From: Macrostomum lignano
Taxonomy: Eukaryota
Direction: 5' to 3'
DNA: 64,000 nt
NCBI GenBank assembly: GCA_002269645.1
Contig: NIVC01000736.1
Coordinates: 310,001-374,000, forward strand
Shown in pieces: positions 50,926 to 63,389 of the stretch. Every line of letters starts with the position of its first letter. Within the stretch, counting starts at the first letter, position 1. The notes under the pieces were generated by a model. That model saw only the letters and a list, made by a program, of their open reading frames with translations, made no database searches and was not told where the DNA came from. A program made the position numbers and the translations under genes.

Positions 50926-53900
50926 CTAGGACTCCGAGCAGGACTGCAGGTGCTCCAGCAGCTGGCAGTCGACCCGGAACGCGGACACAACCAGGCGCGA
51001 GGCCGATTCCTCGTGAGTGGCACGCAGGTTCACAACGGAGCCGTCGGTGTCATAAAACCAGCCCAGCAGGGACGACCCGTACATTGCCGTCACGCGCAGG
51101 CCCAGGCTGGACAGGTGGGCGGGCACCTGGAAAATATTGTTTGGGGGAGCTTTGTCACACTGGCGTCACGGCCTTCTTGATGGCGCCCATGCGGTCACAG
51201 AGCACTGAGATGAGCACCCAGCCCGGTCATAGAGCACTGAGAGGAGCACCCAGCCCGGTCACAGAGCACTGAGATGAGCACCCAGCCCGATCACACTGAG
51301 ATGAGCACCCAGCCCGGTCACACTGAGATGAGCACCCAGCCCGGTCACAGAGCTCTGAGATGAGCACCCAGCCCGGTCACAGAGCTCTGAGATGAGCACC
51401 CAGCCCGGTCACTCTGAGATGAGCACCCAGCCCGGTCACACTGAGATGAGCACCCAGCCCGGTCACAGAGCTCTGAGATGAGCACCCAGCCCGGTCACTC
51501 TGAGATGAGCACCCAGCCCGTCACACTGAGATGAGCACCCAGCCCGGTCACTCTGAGATGAGCACCCAGCCCGGTCACACTAAGATGAACACCCAGCCCG
51601 TCACACTGAGATAAGCACCCAGCCCGGTCACTCTGAGATGAGCACCCAGCCCGTCACACTGAGATGAGCACCCAGCCTGTCACACTGAGATGAGCACCCA
51701 GCCCGGTCACTCTGAGATGAGCACCCAGCCCGTCACACCGAGATGAGCACCCAGCCCGTCACACTGAGATGAGCACCCAGCCGAACCTGGGCGATCCCGC
51801 AGCCGGCAGGCAGCCAGACGGACAGCGGGTCGCCATTCCCCTGATCTGCCAGCTCCTGCAGCCGCATCCGCAGCTCCAGCCCGGACGTGGCAGATGTGGC
51901 CGATGAAGCCGCTGAAGCTGGCGAATCGCTCTCGGCCTGCTGCTGCAGTGAAGACTCAGCCGGCTGCTCGAACTGGATGTCACCAAGGTCGTCCAGCAGC
52001 CCCAGACCTGCGTCGGTGGCGTCGTCAACGCCCGGCCAGCGGCAGGCCTCCGTCAGCGATTCGTCGACGTCGATGCAGCCAGGTTCGACGACGGGCGGGC
52101 CCAGAGACCGGCTGCCGTTTGTGGCGAAGTCGGACAGCAGCGCGGCGCAGCCCAGGCCGGCGTGGCCCAGCGACTCGGCCACCTGCAGGGGCGTCTGGCC
52201 GAACTTGTTCACCGGGCTGTGCTGTGCGCCCGCCCGCAGCAGCAAGTCCACAATGGCCGGCCTGGGGACGCGGGAATGGGGATGGCGGGTGTCACCTCTG
52301 ACACAATCCTGTCAGACTGTGAATATCTGACACAATCCTGTCAGACTGTGAATATCTGACACAATCCTGTCAGACTGTGAATATGACACAATCCTGTCAG
52401 GCTGTGAATATCTGACACAACCCTTTCAGACTGTCAATATCTGACACAATCCTGTCAGACCAATCAGAGAACATCTGACACAAGCCTGTCAGACCAATCA
52501 GCGAATATCTGACACAAGCCTGTCAGACCAATCAGAGAACATCTGACACAAGCCTGTCAGACCAACCAGTGAACATCTGACACAATCCTGTCAGACCAAC
52601 CAGTGAACATCTGACACAATCCTGTCAGACCAATCAGTGAAAATCTAACACAATCCTGTCAGACCAATCAGTGAACATCTGACCAATCAGTGAACATCTG
52701 ACACAAGCCTGTCAGACCAATCAGTGAACATCTGACCAATCAGTGAAAATCTAACACAATCCTGTCAGACCAATCAGTGAACATCTGACCAATCAGTGAA
52801 CATCTGACACAAGCCTGTCAGACCAATCTGTGAATATCTGACCAATCAGTGAACATCTGACACAAGCCTGTCAGACCAATCAGTGAATATCTGACACAAG
52901 CCTGTCAGACCAATCAGTGAATATCTGACACAAGCCTGTCAGACCAATCAGTGAATATCTGACACAAGCCTGTCAGACCAATCAGTGAACATCTGACACA
53001 AGCCTGTCAGACCAATCTGTGAATATCTGACCAATCAGTGAACATCTGACACAAGCCTGTCAGACCAATCTGTGAATATCTGACACAAGCCTGTCAGACC
53101 AATCAGTGAATATCTGACACAAGCCTGTCAGACCAGTGAACATCTGACACAAGCCTGTCAGACCAATCAGTGAATATCTGACACAAGCCTGTCAGACCAA
53201 CCAGTGAACATCTGACACAAGCCTGTCAGACCAATCAGTGAATATCTGACACAAGCCTGTCAGGCCAATCAGTGAACATCTGACACTAGCCTGTCAGACC
53301 AATCAGAGAACATCTGACACAAGCCTGTCAGATCAATCAGTGAACATCTGACACAAGCCTGTCAGACCAATCTGTGAATATCTGACACAAGCCTGTCAGA
53401 CCAATCAGTGAACATCTGACACAAGCCTGTCAGACCAATCAGTGAATATCTGACACAAGCCTGTCAGACCAATCAGAGAATATCTGACACAAGCCTGTCA
53501 GACCAATCAGAGAACATCTGACACAAGCCTGTCAGACCAATCAGAGAATATCTGACACAAGCCTGTCAGACCAACCAGTGAACATCTGACACAATCCTGT
53601 CAGACCAATCAGTGAACATCTGACACAATCCTGTCAGACCATCCAGAGAACATCTGACACAAGCCTGTCAGACCAATCAGTGAACATCTGACACAAGCCT
53701 GTCAGACCAATCAGTGAACATCTGACCAATCAGTGAACATCTGACACAAGCCTGTCAGACCAATCAGTGAACATCTGACCAATCAGTGAACATCTGACCA
53801 ATCAGTGAACATCTGACCAATCAGTGAACATCTGACACAAGCCTGTCAGACCAATCTGTGAATATCTGACACAAGCCTGTCAGTCATTTCTTAATCCACC

Positions 53901-54571
53901 TACCAGTTGCCCTGGCAGGCGCAGTGCAGCGGCCGGTTGCGCAGGAAGTCCTCGCTGTCCGGATCCGCCCCGGAGTCCAGCAGCAGCCTGGCAACATCGC
54001 CGTGCCCGCCCGCCGCGGCCAGGTGCAGCGGGGTGCGGCCCACTTTATTGCGCGCATCGGCCTGGAAGCTGTGGGCCAGCAGGCGGCGGCAGATGGCCAG
54101 GTGGCCGCTCCGGGCGGCCTGGTGCAAGGCAGTGAAGCCCAGCCAGTCGCTGGAGTGCGGCACGTTGGACTCCAGCAGGCTGCTCACCTGGGCCAGGTCG
54201 CCAGCCTCGGCGTAGGCGTTCAAGCAGCCGCCGAGATTCTTGGCCAGCTCCAGCGGCTTGTCGTCTTCTTCGTCTGGCTGCTGCTTCACCAGAGGAGTCT
54301 GCTGCTCCTGCTCAGCCAATTGCTGCTTCCGCTGTCTGATGCGCCACCTGCAGCCGCTGCGGCCCTGCATCCGCTGGGAGGCCGCGGCTGCAGAGGCAGC
54401 GGCGACAGCCGTGATGGAGGCGGCAGGGTTGAGCAGTGAGGGATCGGCGGCGAGGGACCCCAGCATTGGACTGCCTGCCTGCTGCTGCTGCTCCTGCGAA
54501 TATTGCTGCTCCTGCAGAAGCAACTGCTGCTGGAACAATTTCTGTTGCTGCTGCACTGCTTCTAGTGGCAT
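50926..54571 (-). CDS. GABPB1: GABP-beta-like ankyrin-repeat protein; exons 54571-53904, 52261-51787, 51126-50926
   Basis: Q-rich N-terminus, then [64 protein letters not shown], matching the GABP-beta pattern (TTDWLGTSPLH, DARTKVDRTPLH, SKFCKTAF). The symbol denotes the family, not a resolved paralogue. Confidence 0.78.
51190..51785. repeat. 25-27-bp minisatellite GAGATGAGCACCCAGCCCGGTCACACT, GABPB intron 2
   Basis: About 23 copies, contiguous with the donor site. Confidence 0.94.
52295..53882. repeat. 31-bp minisatellite CTGACACAAGCCTGTCAGACCAATCAGTGAA(C/T)AT, GABPB intron 1
   Basis: About 50 copies plus deletion variants. Confidence 0.95.
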
Positions 54572-54739
54572 GAATTAGTGGGCATTTGCAGATATATTAT
54601 TTGTTATATTTATTTTGCTAACAAAAATGTCAACAAATACTTATCAAAGAAGACACATTTATAAATGACACTCTAAGCCTAGAATAGCACAAGTACAAGT
54701 GTTATAAATTCATATAGAAAATAGAAAAAATGTGTAAAA

Positions 54740-55038
54740 TAATAATAATAATTGATTATACCTGCCCTAATTGGGCCAGATGTGCAACTGACAGCTCAGC
54801 CACAGCTATTGTGTTGCACATCTGAAGGTTGCATATGGCTGTTTAGTCTAAAGACTGGGGGTTACCATATACCCTGAATTACCCCAGCTAATGCTGGCAC
54901 CTATTTTATAGCTGGGTGGACTAAAGCATTATAGAGTTAATTGTCTTGCTTAAGGACACAAGTTGTTCCAATTGGATCTTGAATCCAACTTCCAACCTTC
55001 AAGTCACAAGTCCAATGCTTTAAATATCAGACTACAAC
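54740..55038 (-). mobile_element. Probable decayed tRNA-derived CORE-type SINE
   Basis: Minus strand: degenerate A box (GTAGTCTGATATTTAAAGCA), B box-like GGATTCAAGATCC, CORE-like TTGTGTCCTTAAGCAAGACAATTAAC...AGTCCACCCAGCTATAAAATAGGTG, a 12-bp inverted repeat CAGATGTGCAAC/GTTGCACATCTG, and a (TAT)n tail. Confidence 0.6.
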
Positions 55039-55284
55039 ACATTTAAGTAATAAATCATAATGAATTCTACCTTTGAAACTACACATATCAACATATGTAA
55101 CTGCTAGCCAACCTAGCCAATACAATATAGCTAATATAAATTATGACAAACTAGGAATAAGTTATAAAATTAACAACTTTTGATAAATTGGACTCTAATT
55201 TGTCAAATTAGACAAATTAGACTCTAATTTAGAGAACAAATTTAATAATTTTTATTTTGATTTTTGTTAAGTAACAAAGCTAAG

Positions 55285-55475
55285 CAGGCGCCGCGGAACA
55301 GGGGGGGCAGCTGCCCCCCCTGACATTGAGTTGGGGGGGCATTGCCCCCCCTCAAATACTGTTCAACAGCATAATTTTGCTCAAATTTTTGGTCATTGTC
55401 CAAGTCAGGGTCTGGGCTTGAGTTTCGGAAACTTGGTCCTGCCCCCCCTGGCAAAAACTCGTTCCGCGGCGCCTG
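55285..55475. mobile_element. hAT-type MITE, 191 bp
   Basis: Perfect 15-bp TIR CAGGCGCCGCGGAAC / GTTCCGCGGCGCCTG; exact 8-bp TSD AAGCTAAG at 55277-55284 and 55476-55483. Confidence 0.93.
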
Positions 55476-56959
55476 AAGCTAAGTTGCATTTTTAACTAAG
55501 GTGCATAGCCAATAATATATAGTTTTTGAAGTTGTATGTATATATATTAAAAACTATGTAAATTAAAAAAGAATAATGTTGCAAATCTTATGAATGACTT
55601 TTTGGGATCAATTTTATTTTAAATTATACTTCAAATATACTCAAGCATTTTTATTTCTATTTAAATAGAAAAAGACTAATAGAGACAATGTATTTAAAAT
55701 GATTGTCAAAGGTAGGAATAAGCTATAATGCTAAAATTAGAACTGGGAGCACCAGATACACAGAAGTGTCAAAACAATTGAGATACTCTGCATGATGCAT
55801 GTATTAAAACTTTTCAATTTTAGCAATTTTGACCCATTCCCTCTATAGAAAATATGGCTTTATTTTGGCTTAAGAAGTTAGATTATGCCTGATACCCCTT
55901 GGATAAAATAAACTTAGAGCCTGGCTGCCACTGGAAATAGTTCTCTTAGAGACCTAGTATCTATTGTCTTTTTATAGGCCTATATTACATCTTATTTTCC
56001 TTTTCATTTGTTATGATTCCAAATAGCCTAGCCTGCCTAGGCTGCTTAGCTGCTGGCATAAGACAAAAATTTAATTAGGCATTATTGTGACATTGCATTA
56101 TTTAAAAAGGATTCAATATTCTACAAGTTATTTTATTGCAAAAGAGCATTCTTTCGTTTTATTTGACACAAATAGCCGTTTTATTAGTAACACCTGACTC
56201 CACGTAACGCAATATAAATGAATGAAGTTCACACACAGTATGACCTTTCTTTCTAAGAAAACTCATTTAAACCATTCTCACTTTTTATAGACAAACAAAA
56301 ATAGTGACATTGAAATCTTTTATAGAGTCATATAGTATAGGATTTCCAACTCCCTGTATAAATTCTACTTCTCTTAAATAGCCCCTAAGGCATAAACATT
56401 AATGGTAGATCAAGAGTGACAAAGTTTTGAAAGTTTTAATGTCTGCTTTACAAGGCCTTTCAGTGTAAGTTCAAGGACCCAAGGACCATTGTAGTATAGC
56501 TATATATATAACTACGCTTGTATATATAACTATATATAACGATATAACTGTAAGCGATACGTTTTTCTACGAGTACCGTACGTGGTGTTTGAGTAAATTC
56601 TGTTTAACCCTAAACCGTTGTAATTTAGCACCAGAAGACTATGAATTTAAATGCGCTGAATGTAACATATATATAGAGCTGCAGGATGTAATTTTCTGCA
56701 GCTGCAGGTATATCTTAGATTGATAGTTTATATTCGACGGATGCTTCGAAATATAGCGGATGTTAAGATAATAGCGGAAGACAAAGCATTTGTTGTTTAA
56801 TTGGTACAAATCAAAATGACGCGCAACGACTGATAGCTATTTTTTTAAAAGGGCCTTCGTTAAGGGGTAGTGCATATTCGCGTATATATGAACTTGCTAC
56901 TATTAGCTAGTTGCAAATGTGAACCCTACTTCTCCGAAATCAGTTTTCTGAGCGAAGCA

Positions 56960-57700
56960 GTCACAGGGCAAGCAGTCACATACCCTCAAGTCAAGTAATT
57001 ATTTTCCTTTTCCAAAACTGGCGATCCCAATGACTCGGCTGTTCTCAACGCTTAAAGCTGATGCTGTTGCTCGCATTCTTGGTTCTGCCATTGCAACAAG
57101 CTGCAGCTCAAACTCAACCGACGCTTCCTCTTGGTCAAGCCCCGCAACTTTACCATCAGTTGTAAAGCGCCTTAAGTTCTTTTTGTGTTCAGACAGACAA
57201 GTAGAAAAATACAAAAGCAAAAGCCAATAACATGTCTAAAACGTTTTCAGCTTTTGCAATAACAAACAATCCTGCTCCCGGTTGGCAAGGCAGTTTCGGT
57301 TATGCGGAAACGTCATCGATCACCACAAGGATCGAAACTGGGAAACTCGTCGCGACTCATGAGGATGACGGAGCTGGACAGCAGCGTCTGCCTGAAGCCT
57401 CGCTGAAGCACGGACGGCGGCACCTGCTCAGCGGGGCAGCGGCTTCTCTGCACGGACACCAGACCGCATGCGGAGTCGTTCGACTCGACCAGAATGCGGA
57501 CGGCTCTCAGGTCCGTGAAGTTTGCTCGGCCTGAGTCGAAGTCGAAGAAGAAGAGCTGCGGACCGGACGGCTGCAGCAGAACCGGGACGGGCTGTCCAAG
57601 CGACAGTCGGAAATCCGAAACGAGTTGAGCTCTAGAACTAACAGTGACGAGCATAGCCGACTGGGTAGTCACCCACAAATACACCTGCTGCTGCTGCTGC
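56960..57700. pseudogene. Rearranged SID-1-like pseudogene: 5' flank and first ~50 codons on + (56960-57180), internal part on - (57185-57700)
   Basis: The + strand ATGACTCGGCTGTTCTCAACGCTT... matches the start of the 63773 gene but has frameshifts and a TAA. The - strand VYLWVTTQSAMLVTVSSRAQL...QPSGPQLFFFDFDSGRANFT matches the intact ectodomain, with a deletion. Confidence 0.88.
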
Positions 57701-57702
<2 letters not shown>

Positions 57703-57788
<86 letters not shown>

Positions 57789-57794
57789 TGTGTG
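57703..57794. repeat. (TG)n microsatellite at the LINE/pseudogene junction
   Basis: About 45 dinucleotide copies. Confidence 0.95.
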
Positions 57795-57799
57795 CGGTG

Positions 57800-59275
57800 G
57801 ATTGCGCCCAGGCACCGCTAGAGGCGATGCTTGGCCAGTTCTACCAGCCCGAGTGGGTCGGCTGCGATGCTGCTGACATCAATGGAGTGTCCTCCTAGGA
57901 AACGGAGCCTGGCACTGGCGAGGGCCGGGCAGTCGAGCCAGTGAACCAGGTCGTCGCATGGGTGACCGCAGCGTAGGCAGAAGGGATCGACCGACGGGTC
58001 GATGACGCTGTGGTAGGCTCGAAAGAGAAGGCAGTGCCCCGAACGGATGTTGGCGGGGAGCACGGCGTCGGCTGGTTCATTGATGAGGTTCTCCTCGAGG
58101 TGACAGTTGAGATGGCTGTATGTGAGACTCGAGAGGTCGTGTGGCTGATCGGGGGGTCCTGAATGGCGTGGTGAATGACGTTCTTGGCGCTGCAAAATCT
58201 GACTGGGCAGGGAGAGAGGTCCAGCATCGTGGCCTCCTTGGCGGAGCGGTCAGCCATGCAGTTCGTTGCCGGTGACATTTTAGTGGCCGAGGACCCATTG
58301 CCAGGTGATATCGGCGATGGGCGTTGGCAACTGGGCCCTGATGTTGGGGCTGCCGCTGGCAAGCGATCGGAGGAGGGCCTGGCTATCCATGCAGATATTG
58401 GTGGCTCCCGTGGTGGCGGATTTGTTAAGTCAGCTGATGGCGAGGGCTGCGGCTTGGACCTCCTCCTCGAAGGATGTGGTGGAGGGAGCGCCTCGCTGCT
58501 GGAGCGTGGCCAGAATGGTCGGGTTGTCCGGGTCGTCGACCGTGACGATGGCCGCGGCACCGCCACCGGCCGTGCCGCCGGCAGCCGAGCCGTCACAGAA
58601 GATGGTGATTGTGCCTGGAAGCAAGCGAATGATGTTGGTGGCAGCTGCCGTGCGCGCTGGGCGAGGCTCCGGCAGATCCATGCTGATGCGCACGTCGTTG
58701 AAGCTAAAGGAGGCGTCCCACGGGGCGGGGCGCGCAGTGAAAATCGTAGCGCGCGGTGTAGTGTCCGCTTTAATGAGGGGCGTCAGTGCGCGCGCAAATG
58801 CCACCAGCTGCTTCTGCGGAGGCGGTACGGAGTGTTTCCTGTGACCGCGATGTGGCACGGGTGGGAAGCCGGAAGGCGAAGAGCCCTTTCGTAGGCGACG
58901 AGACAAATGGCGTTACTTCCGGTATGGACGGCGGAGCAGATGCCCGCTTCCAGTCTGAGAGCCTCAACAAGAGTCTTGCCGTGTTGGCCGGTAACAATGC
59001 TGAGGGCGGCGTTCTGCGCTCTTTCAAGCTAGTTGAAGGCGGAGTCAGATAGCCAGGGGTGCCAGGCCGGAGCAGCGTAGTTGATGATGCTGAGTTGCAT
59101 TGCCTTGTAGATGCGAAGCAAGAGTTTCTTGCTCCACCCCCATTCCTTGGAGGCGAGACAGGCAAGCAGCCGGCAGCGGGAGGTGGACCGTTGAAAACTT
59201 CTGTTCAATGAAAGTTGCATGTGGCTTTCCAACACTGGGACCCAGAAAGAACTCCAGAAGCTCCTTGCCTTACAA
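57800..59275 (-). mobile_element. 5'-truncated, decayed I-group (RNase H-bearing) non-LTR retrotransposon
   Basis: RT thumb LASKEWGWSKKLLLRIYKAMQLSIINYAAPAW; RNase H IFCDGS...GGGAA...EEEVQA...CMDSQA...WVLGH..GNE; C-terminal CLRCGHPCDDLVHWLDCP zinc knuckle; several stops and frameshifts. Confidence 0.88.
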
Positions 59276-59804
59276 GTCATGTCCAAAAGTCATGTCATGT
59301 CATGTCCAAAAGTCAGACAGACTCTTTTATTGTTTATCTCTCTCACTTGCGTATCCTTATATATGTACGTTGCTCGGCCCAAACAGTTGACTATCATATC
59401 TATCTTGACGCGTCCCTTGGTAACCTAAACAGATTGGCTCACATAACTTGAGTCCATTCACAAAATGCGTAAACCAATTGTGACCTTTCTTTGTAATTCG
59501 TAAAACTACCAAAACTATTAAAATCTGCTTTGTGAAAACTCGGTTTCAGAAACGGACTTTGCTTCGGTTTGGCCCAGTCAGGAACTTCTAGATGTAGAAT
59601 AAAACACAGTGGCAACGATGGCAGCTTCACAAACTCTTCAATAACTTAAAACCTGTGTTATAAAGCTGAAAAACAATTGCCACATCTAAGCCATTCTTTG
59701 TTTAAACTTGTAAAGTCGGCAAATTTTAACTCTACTTGAAAAAGTTGAGATGTAGAAAACTGATTCTCATCTCATCTCAACATCAAATTAGCATCAGATT
59801 AACA

Positions 59805-60112
59805 TTAGATTAACGTCAGATTAATATCAGGTTAGCATCAGGTTAACATCAGGTTAACATCAGGTTAACATCAGGTTAACATCAGGTTAACATCAGGTTA
59901 GCATCAGGTTAACATCAGGTTAACATCAGGTTAACATCAGGTTAACATCAGGTTAACATCAGGTTAGCATCAGGTTAACATCAGGTTAACATCAGGTTAG
60001 CATCAGGTTAACATCAGGTTAACATCAGGTTAACATCAGGTTAACATCAGGTTAGCATCAGGTTAACATCAAGTTAACATCCGATTAACGGCATGTTAAC
60101 ATCAGGTTAACC
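59805..60112. repeat. 10-bp minisatellite CATCAGGTTA(A/G)
   Basis: About 28 copies. Confidence 0.93.
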
Positions 60113-61020
60113 CATCTTAAGTTTTCATTGTTTCCACACTAGCGTCAGTGAAGGACTACAATGGTCCTTGGCATCAGTACGCTAGCTTCCAGTCCGCTGA
60201 TGCTACTTTTAGGCGTCCCTGATCCAACCAACCTTCAAAACCGTCGCGTTTTTTTCTTGTTTTGTTGCAATGATCACCCCAGGGCTTGGCGCAGTAGCAA
60301 TAATTCGTGGGTTCAAATTCAATTGCTGATAAGAAAATCCGTGCGTGTCTCAAACGCGAAAATTCATGTGAGCAGCACAACAAGTTTTGACAGGCACCAA
60401 CTAGCACGTCGACCACAGGTACACCAACATCTCAATCAAATTTCCGCTTCAGATCATGCACCACTCGGGGAAAATGAGTTTATTAGATAAAGCCAGGCTA
60501 TTAATGTATGTGTGTGCGGTGAATTATAGTTCTGAAAAATAGATTTTTGAAGCCCAGATGACAAAGCCTCAAAAAATTGAATTAAAAATTCTAATAATCA
60601 TACAATCGTATATTTGGATACAGGAAGAAATAAATATCAGGAGTTCTAGAGGAATTTTTTCATCAAGAATGTTTTTAAAAAATTCATTTTAATAAGCGAT
60701 GTCATAGGCATTGAAAGCGATGAGCTACAAATCAAACGGTTGACAATAACGTCTACTTCGGAAACCGCGAAGAAGCAATGATTAAAAAATATAATATCTA
60801 ATATCATTGAATAAAAATAATTGGAGCTACTAGTAGATAAGGCGGTCGGTTTTTATTGCCCACCTCCTTGTTCAAACTAAAAAATTATGCAAATAGTCAA
60901 ACTGTGAACAGCAAAATATCTCCCCAAGCACTGCTTCAAAGTTACAATCCACACATGCAGTAATGCCACTTCCGAACATAATTTCAGATCATCTTTGTTC
61001 CATGGATTAACTTCTTTGGC

Positions 61021-63352
61021 TCAGAAAATCCGGTCTGGCGCGAGCTCCTGTCGCTCTTCATCGAAGTCCATGAAGAGAACGAAGAGCAGCAGGCAGAGCA
61101 GCGCCTGCGAGCCGATCAGATGCCACAGGTCGTGCTGGTCGAACGGCAGGCCAAGCGGATGCCACAAGCAGTCGTTGTTGGATTCTCGGGACTCAGCCGG
61201 GCTGCCTTCCCATTCGGTTGGAGGGTTGAAGAAAAAGACTACGGCCAGGATGAAAAGGCCAGCAAAAAGCAAGAATAAAATGAGTACAGCAGTTCCTCGA
61301 CAACAGAGCTTGACAGACTTGACACACAGACAGGCTTGAATATCCTTTGGTCTCGTCTTCCTGCAACACTTTCGAATGCAGTAATAAAGGAAGTATAGAC
61401 TTGCAGATCCGGCAGTCACAGCCAGAAGGAAATATGCAAATAGAAAATGTTCATGTAGAAATCCAACTAGAAAACTGGCGATTCCAGCGGCAAAACAGAC
61501 AAAAGCAGCTAAGAACGTAAGGAAATTCTGCAACAACTGCTTTTTCCGAAGGATCAAAGCAATAACAGCCAGAAGCAGCAGCACAACACCCAGCACGCTA
61601 AACACGAATTCTCGGCTAACCAAGGAGAACAGAATGCCCAGCGAGTTCACCAGCACCGTGACGCCCAACGCAACAAAGGTGACGTTGGCGACCGAGCCGG
61701 AGCTGAGGTGCCGCTTGCTGTAGACAGCCAGGCCCAGCATGCTGGAAAGCATGATCATGAAGGTCGTGTCGAACTGGAAGGTGTTGTGCGACGGACAGAT
61801 GTGGTAGCAGGCGGAGAGCACACCCTCCATGGCCAGCGCCAGACCGGCGGCGTAGTGAGCCGAGTAGCTGCGAGGAATGACGACCGGTCTGGCGATCTGG
61901 GGCTCAGGTGGGAGCAGTTGCACATTCTCAGTATTCGTATGATGCTCTTCTGATCCTTGAACAGTTGCCTAAAGTAGATAAGATGCAAAAGCATTTGGTA
62001 GCTTTAGTCAGCGCTGCCGGAGCGTAGAAAAAAGTTTACTTAAGGGCAACAACTTTGTTTTAAACTTCACATGTACTTTAGGGTACTTAGGCTAACCAGT
62101 GATCTCACCTGTGGCTTGTCATGGAAAAGTTGCTTCCAAAGGACAACCACCATGAACACTATTCCGGCCGTTATGTAGCCCACATTCGATACCGCATTGT
62201 TGAATGCAAAAAATGTCGTCAGCTCTGTTTTTACATAAAAGCGGCACTTGAAGTTATAGTAGCACTCATCCAAGTTTCCGAAGGAGCTGATGGAGTCCTG
62301 CTGGAGCAGCACCAGCTGAAAAACTGGCAGGCAGTAGAAGATAGCTATGGCCGTCAGCTGCATCACGAGGCTGGCATGAGGCTGTTGTTGCTGGTTTTCC
62401 GGCTGTCCTTGGTTGTCAGCATCGTTATTCAAAAAAGGTTCGGGCTGCTCGGGGCCGCAGCACCGGCAGTGCATGCAGTACAAGCTGAAAGTGCAGCTGC
62501 GATTGCATTCGCAGCAAACATCACGAATAGAACGGCAAGAATCTTTTATTAAAGAATACGTTTGCCTAAGGAAGTTTTTAAACCCCCTGAAAAATTTACG
62601 TGTGTATCCCCTAACAGCACCTAAAATACCAAGCAGAACAAGACCTGAACCAAGCAAGATTAGACAAAAGAGTAGCTTTTCAAAAAACCAAAGAAGCAGA
62701 AAAACGAAGGCAAGAGCGAAACTCATGACAGAGAGTGATATGAAAAATAAAAAAGTAAATATGTTCAAAAAATGTTTGCAGCTTTCAGCACAAAAAATAG
62801 AAACAAAAATTATCGACATAAGGCAGTCAAATCCGCCTAAAAGAAAAGTCAAACCCAAAAGTGGCCACTCCTCCGAGTCGTGCATGGCGATCTGCTCAAC
62901 CTTGATCGTGACGCTCTTGCTGGGAAACCGCTGTCGCCGCTCCTGCTCCCAGTTGGCAAGGCAATTTCGGTTGTCCGGAAACGCCGTCAGCACCACAAGG
63001 AAGCTGGAATTAAACTCGTCACGCCTCATCAAGATGACGGAGCTGGACAGCAGCGTCTGTCTGAAGCCTCGCTGGAGCACGGACGGCGGCACCTGATCAG
63101 CGGGGCAGCGGCTTCTCTGCACGGACACCAAACCGCATGCGGAGTCGTTCGACTCGACCAGAATGCGGACGGCTCTCAGTTCCGTGAAGTTTGCTCGGCC
63201 TGAGTCGAAGTCGAAGAAGAAGAGCTGCGGACCGGACGGCTGCAGCAGAACCTGGACCGGCTCTCCAAGCGACAGTCGGAAATTCGAAGCGAGTTGAGCT
63301 CTAGCACTCACAGTGACGAGCGCAGCTGACTCGGTAGTGACCCGCAGATACA

Positions 63353-63389
<37 letters not shown>

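Noticed and set aside
56960-57700. Twin-primed processed retrocopy as origin of the inverted SID-1 fragment
   Set aside because: Homology extends upstream of the splice acceptor, and there is no poly(A) or TSD.
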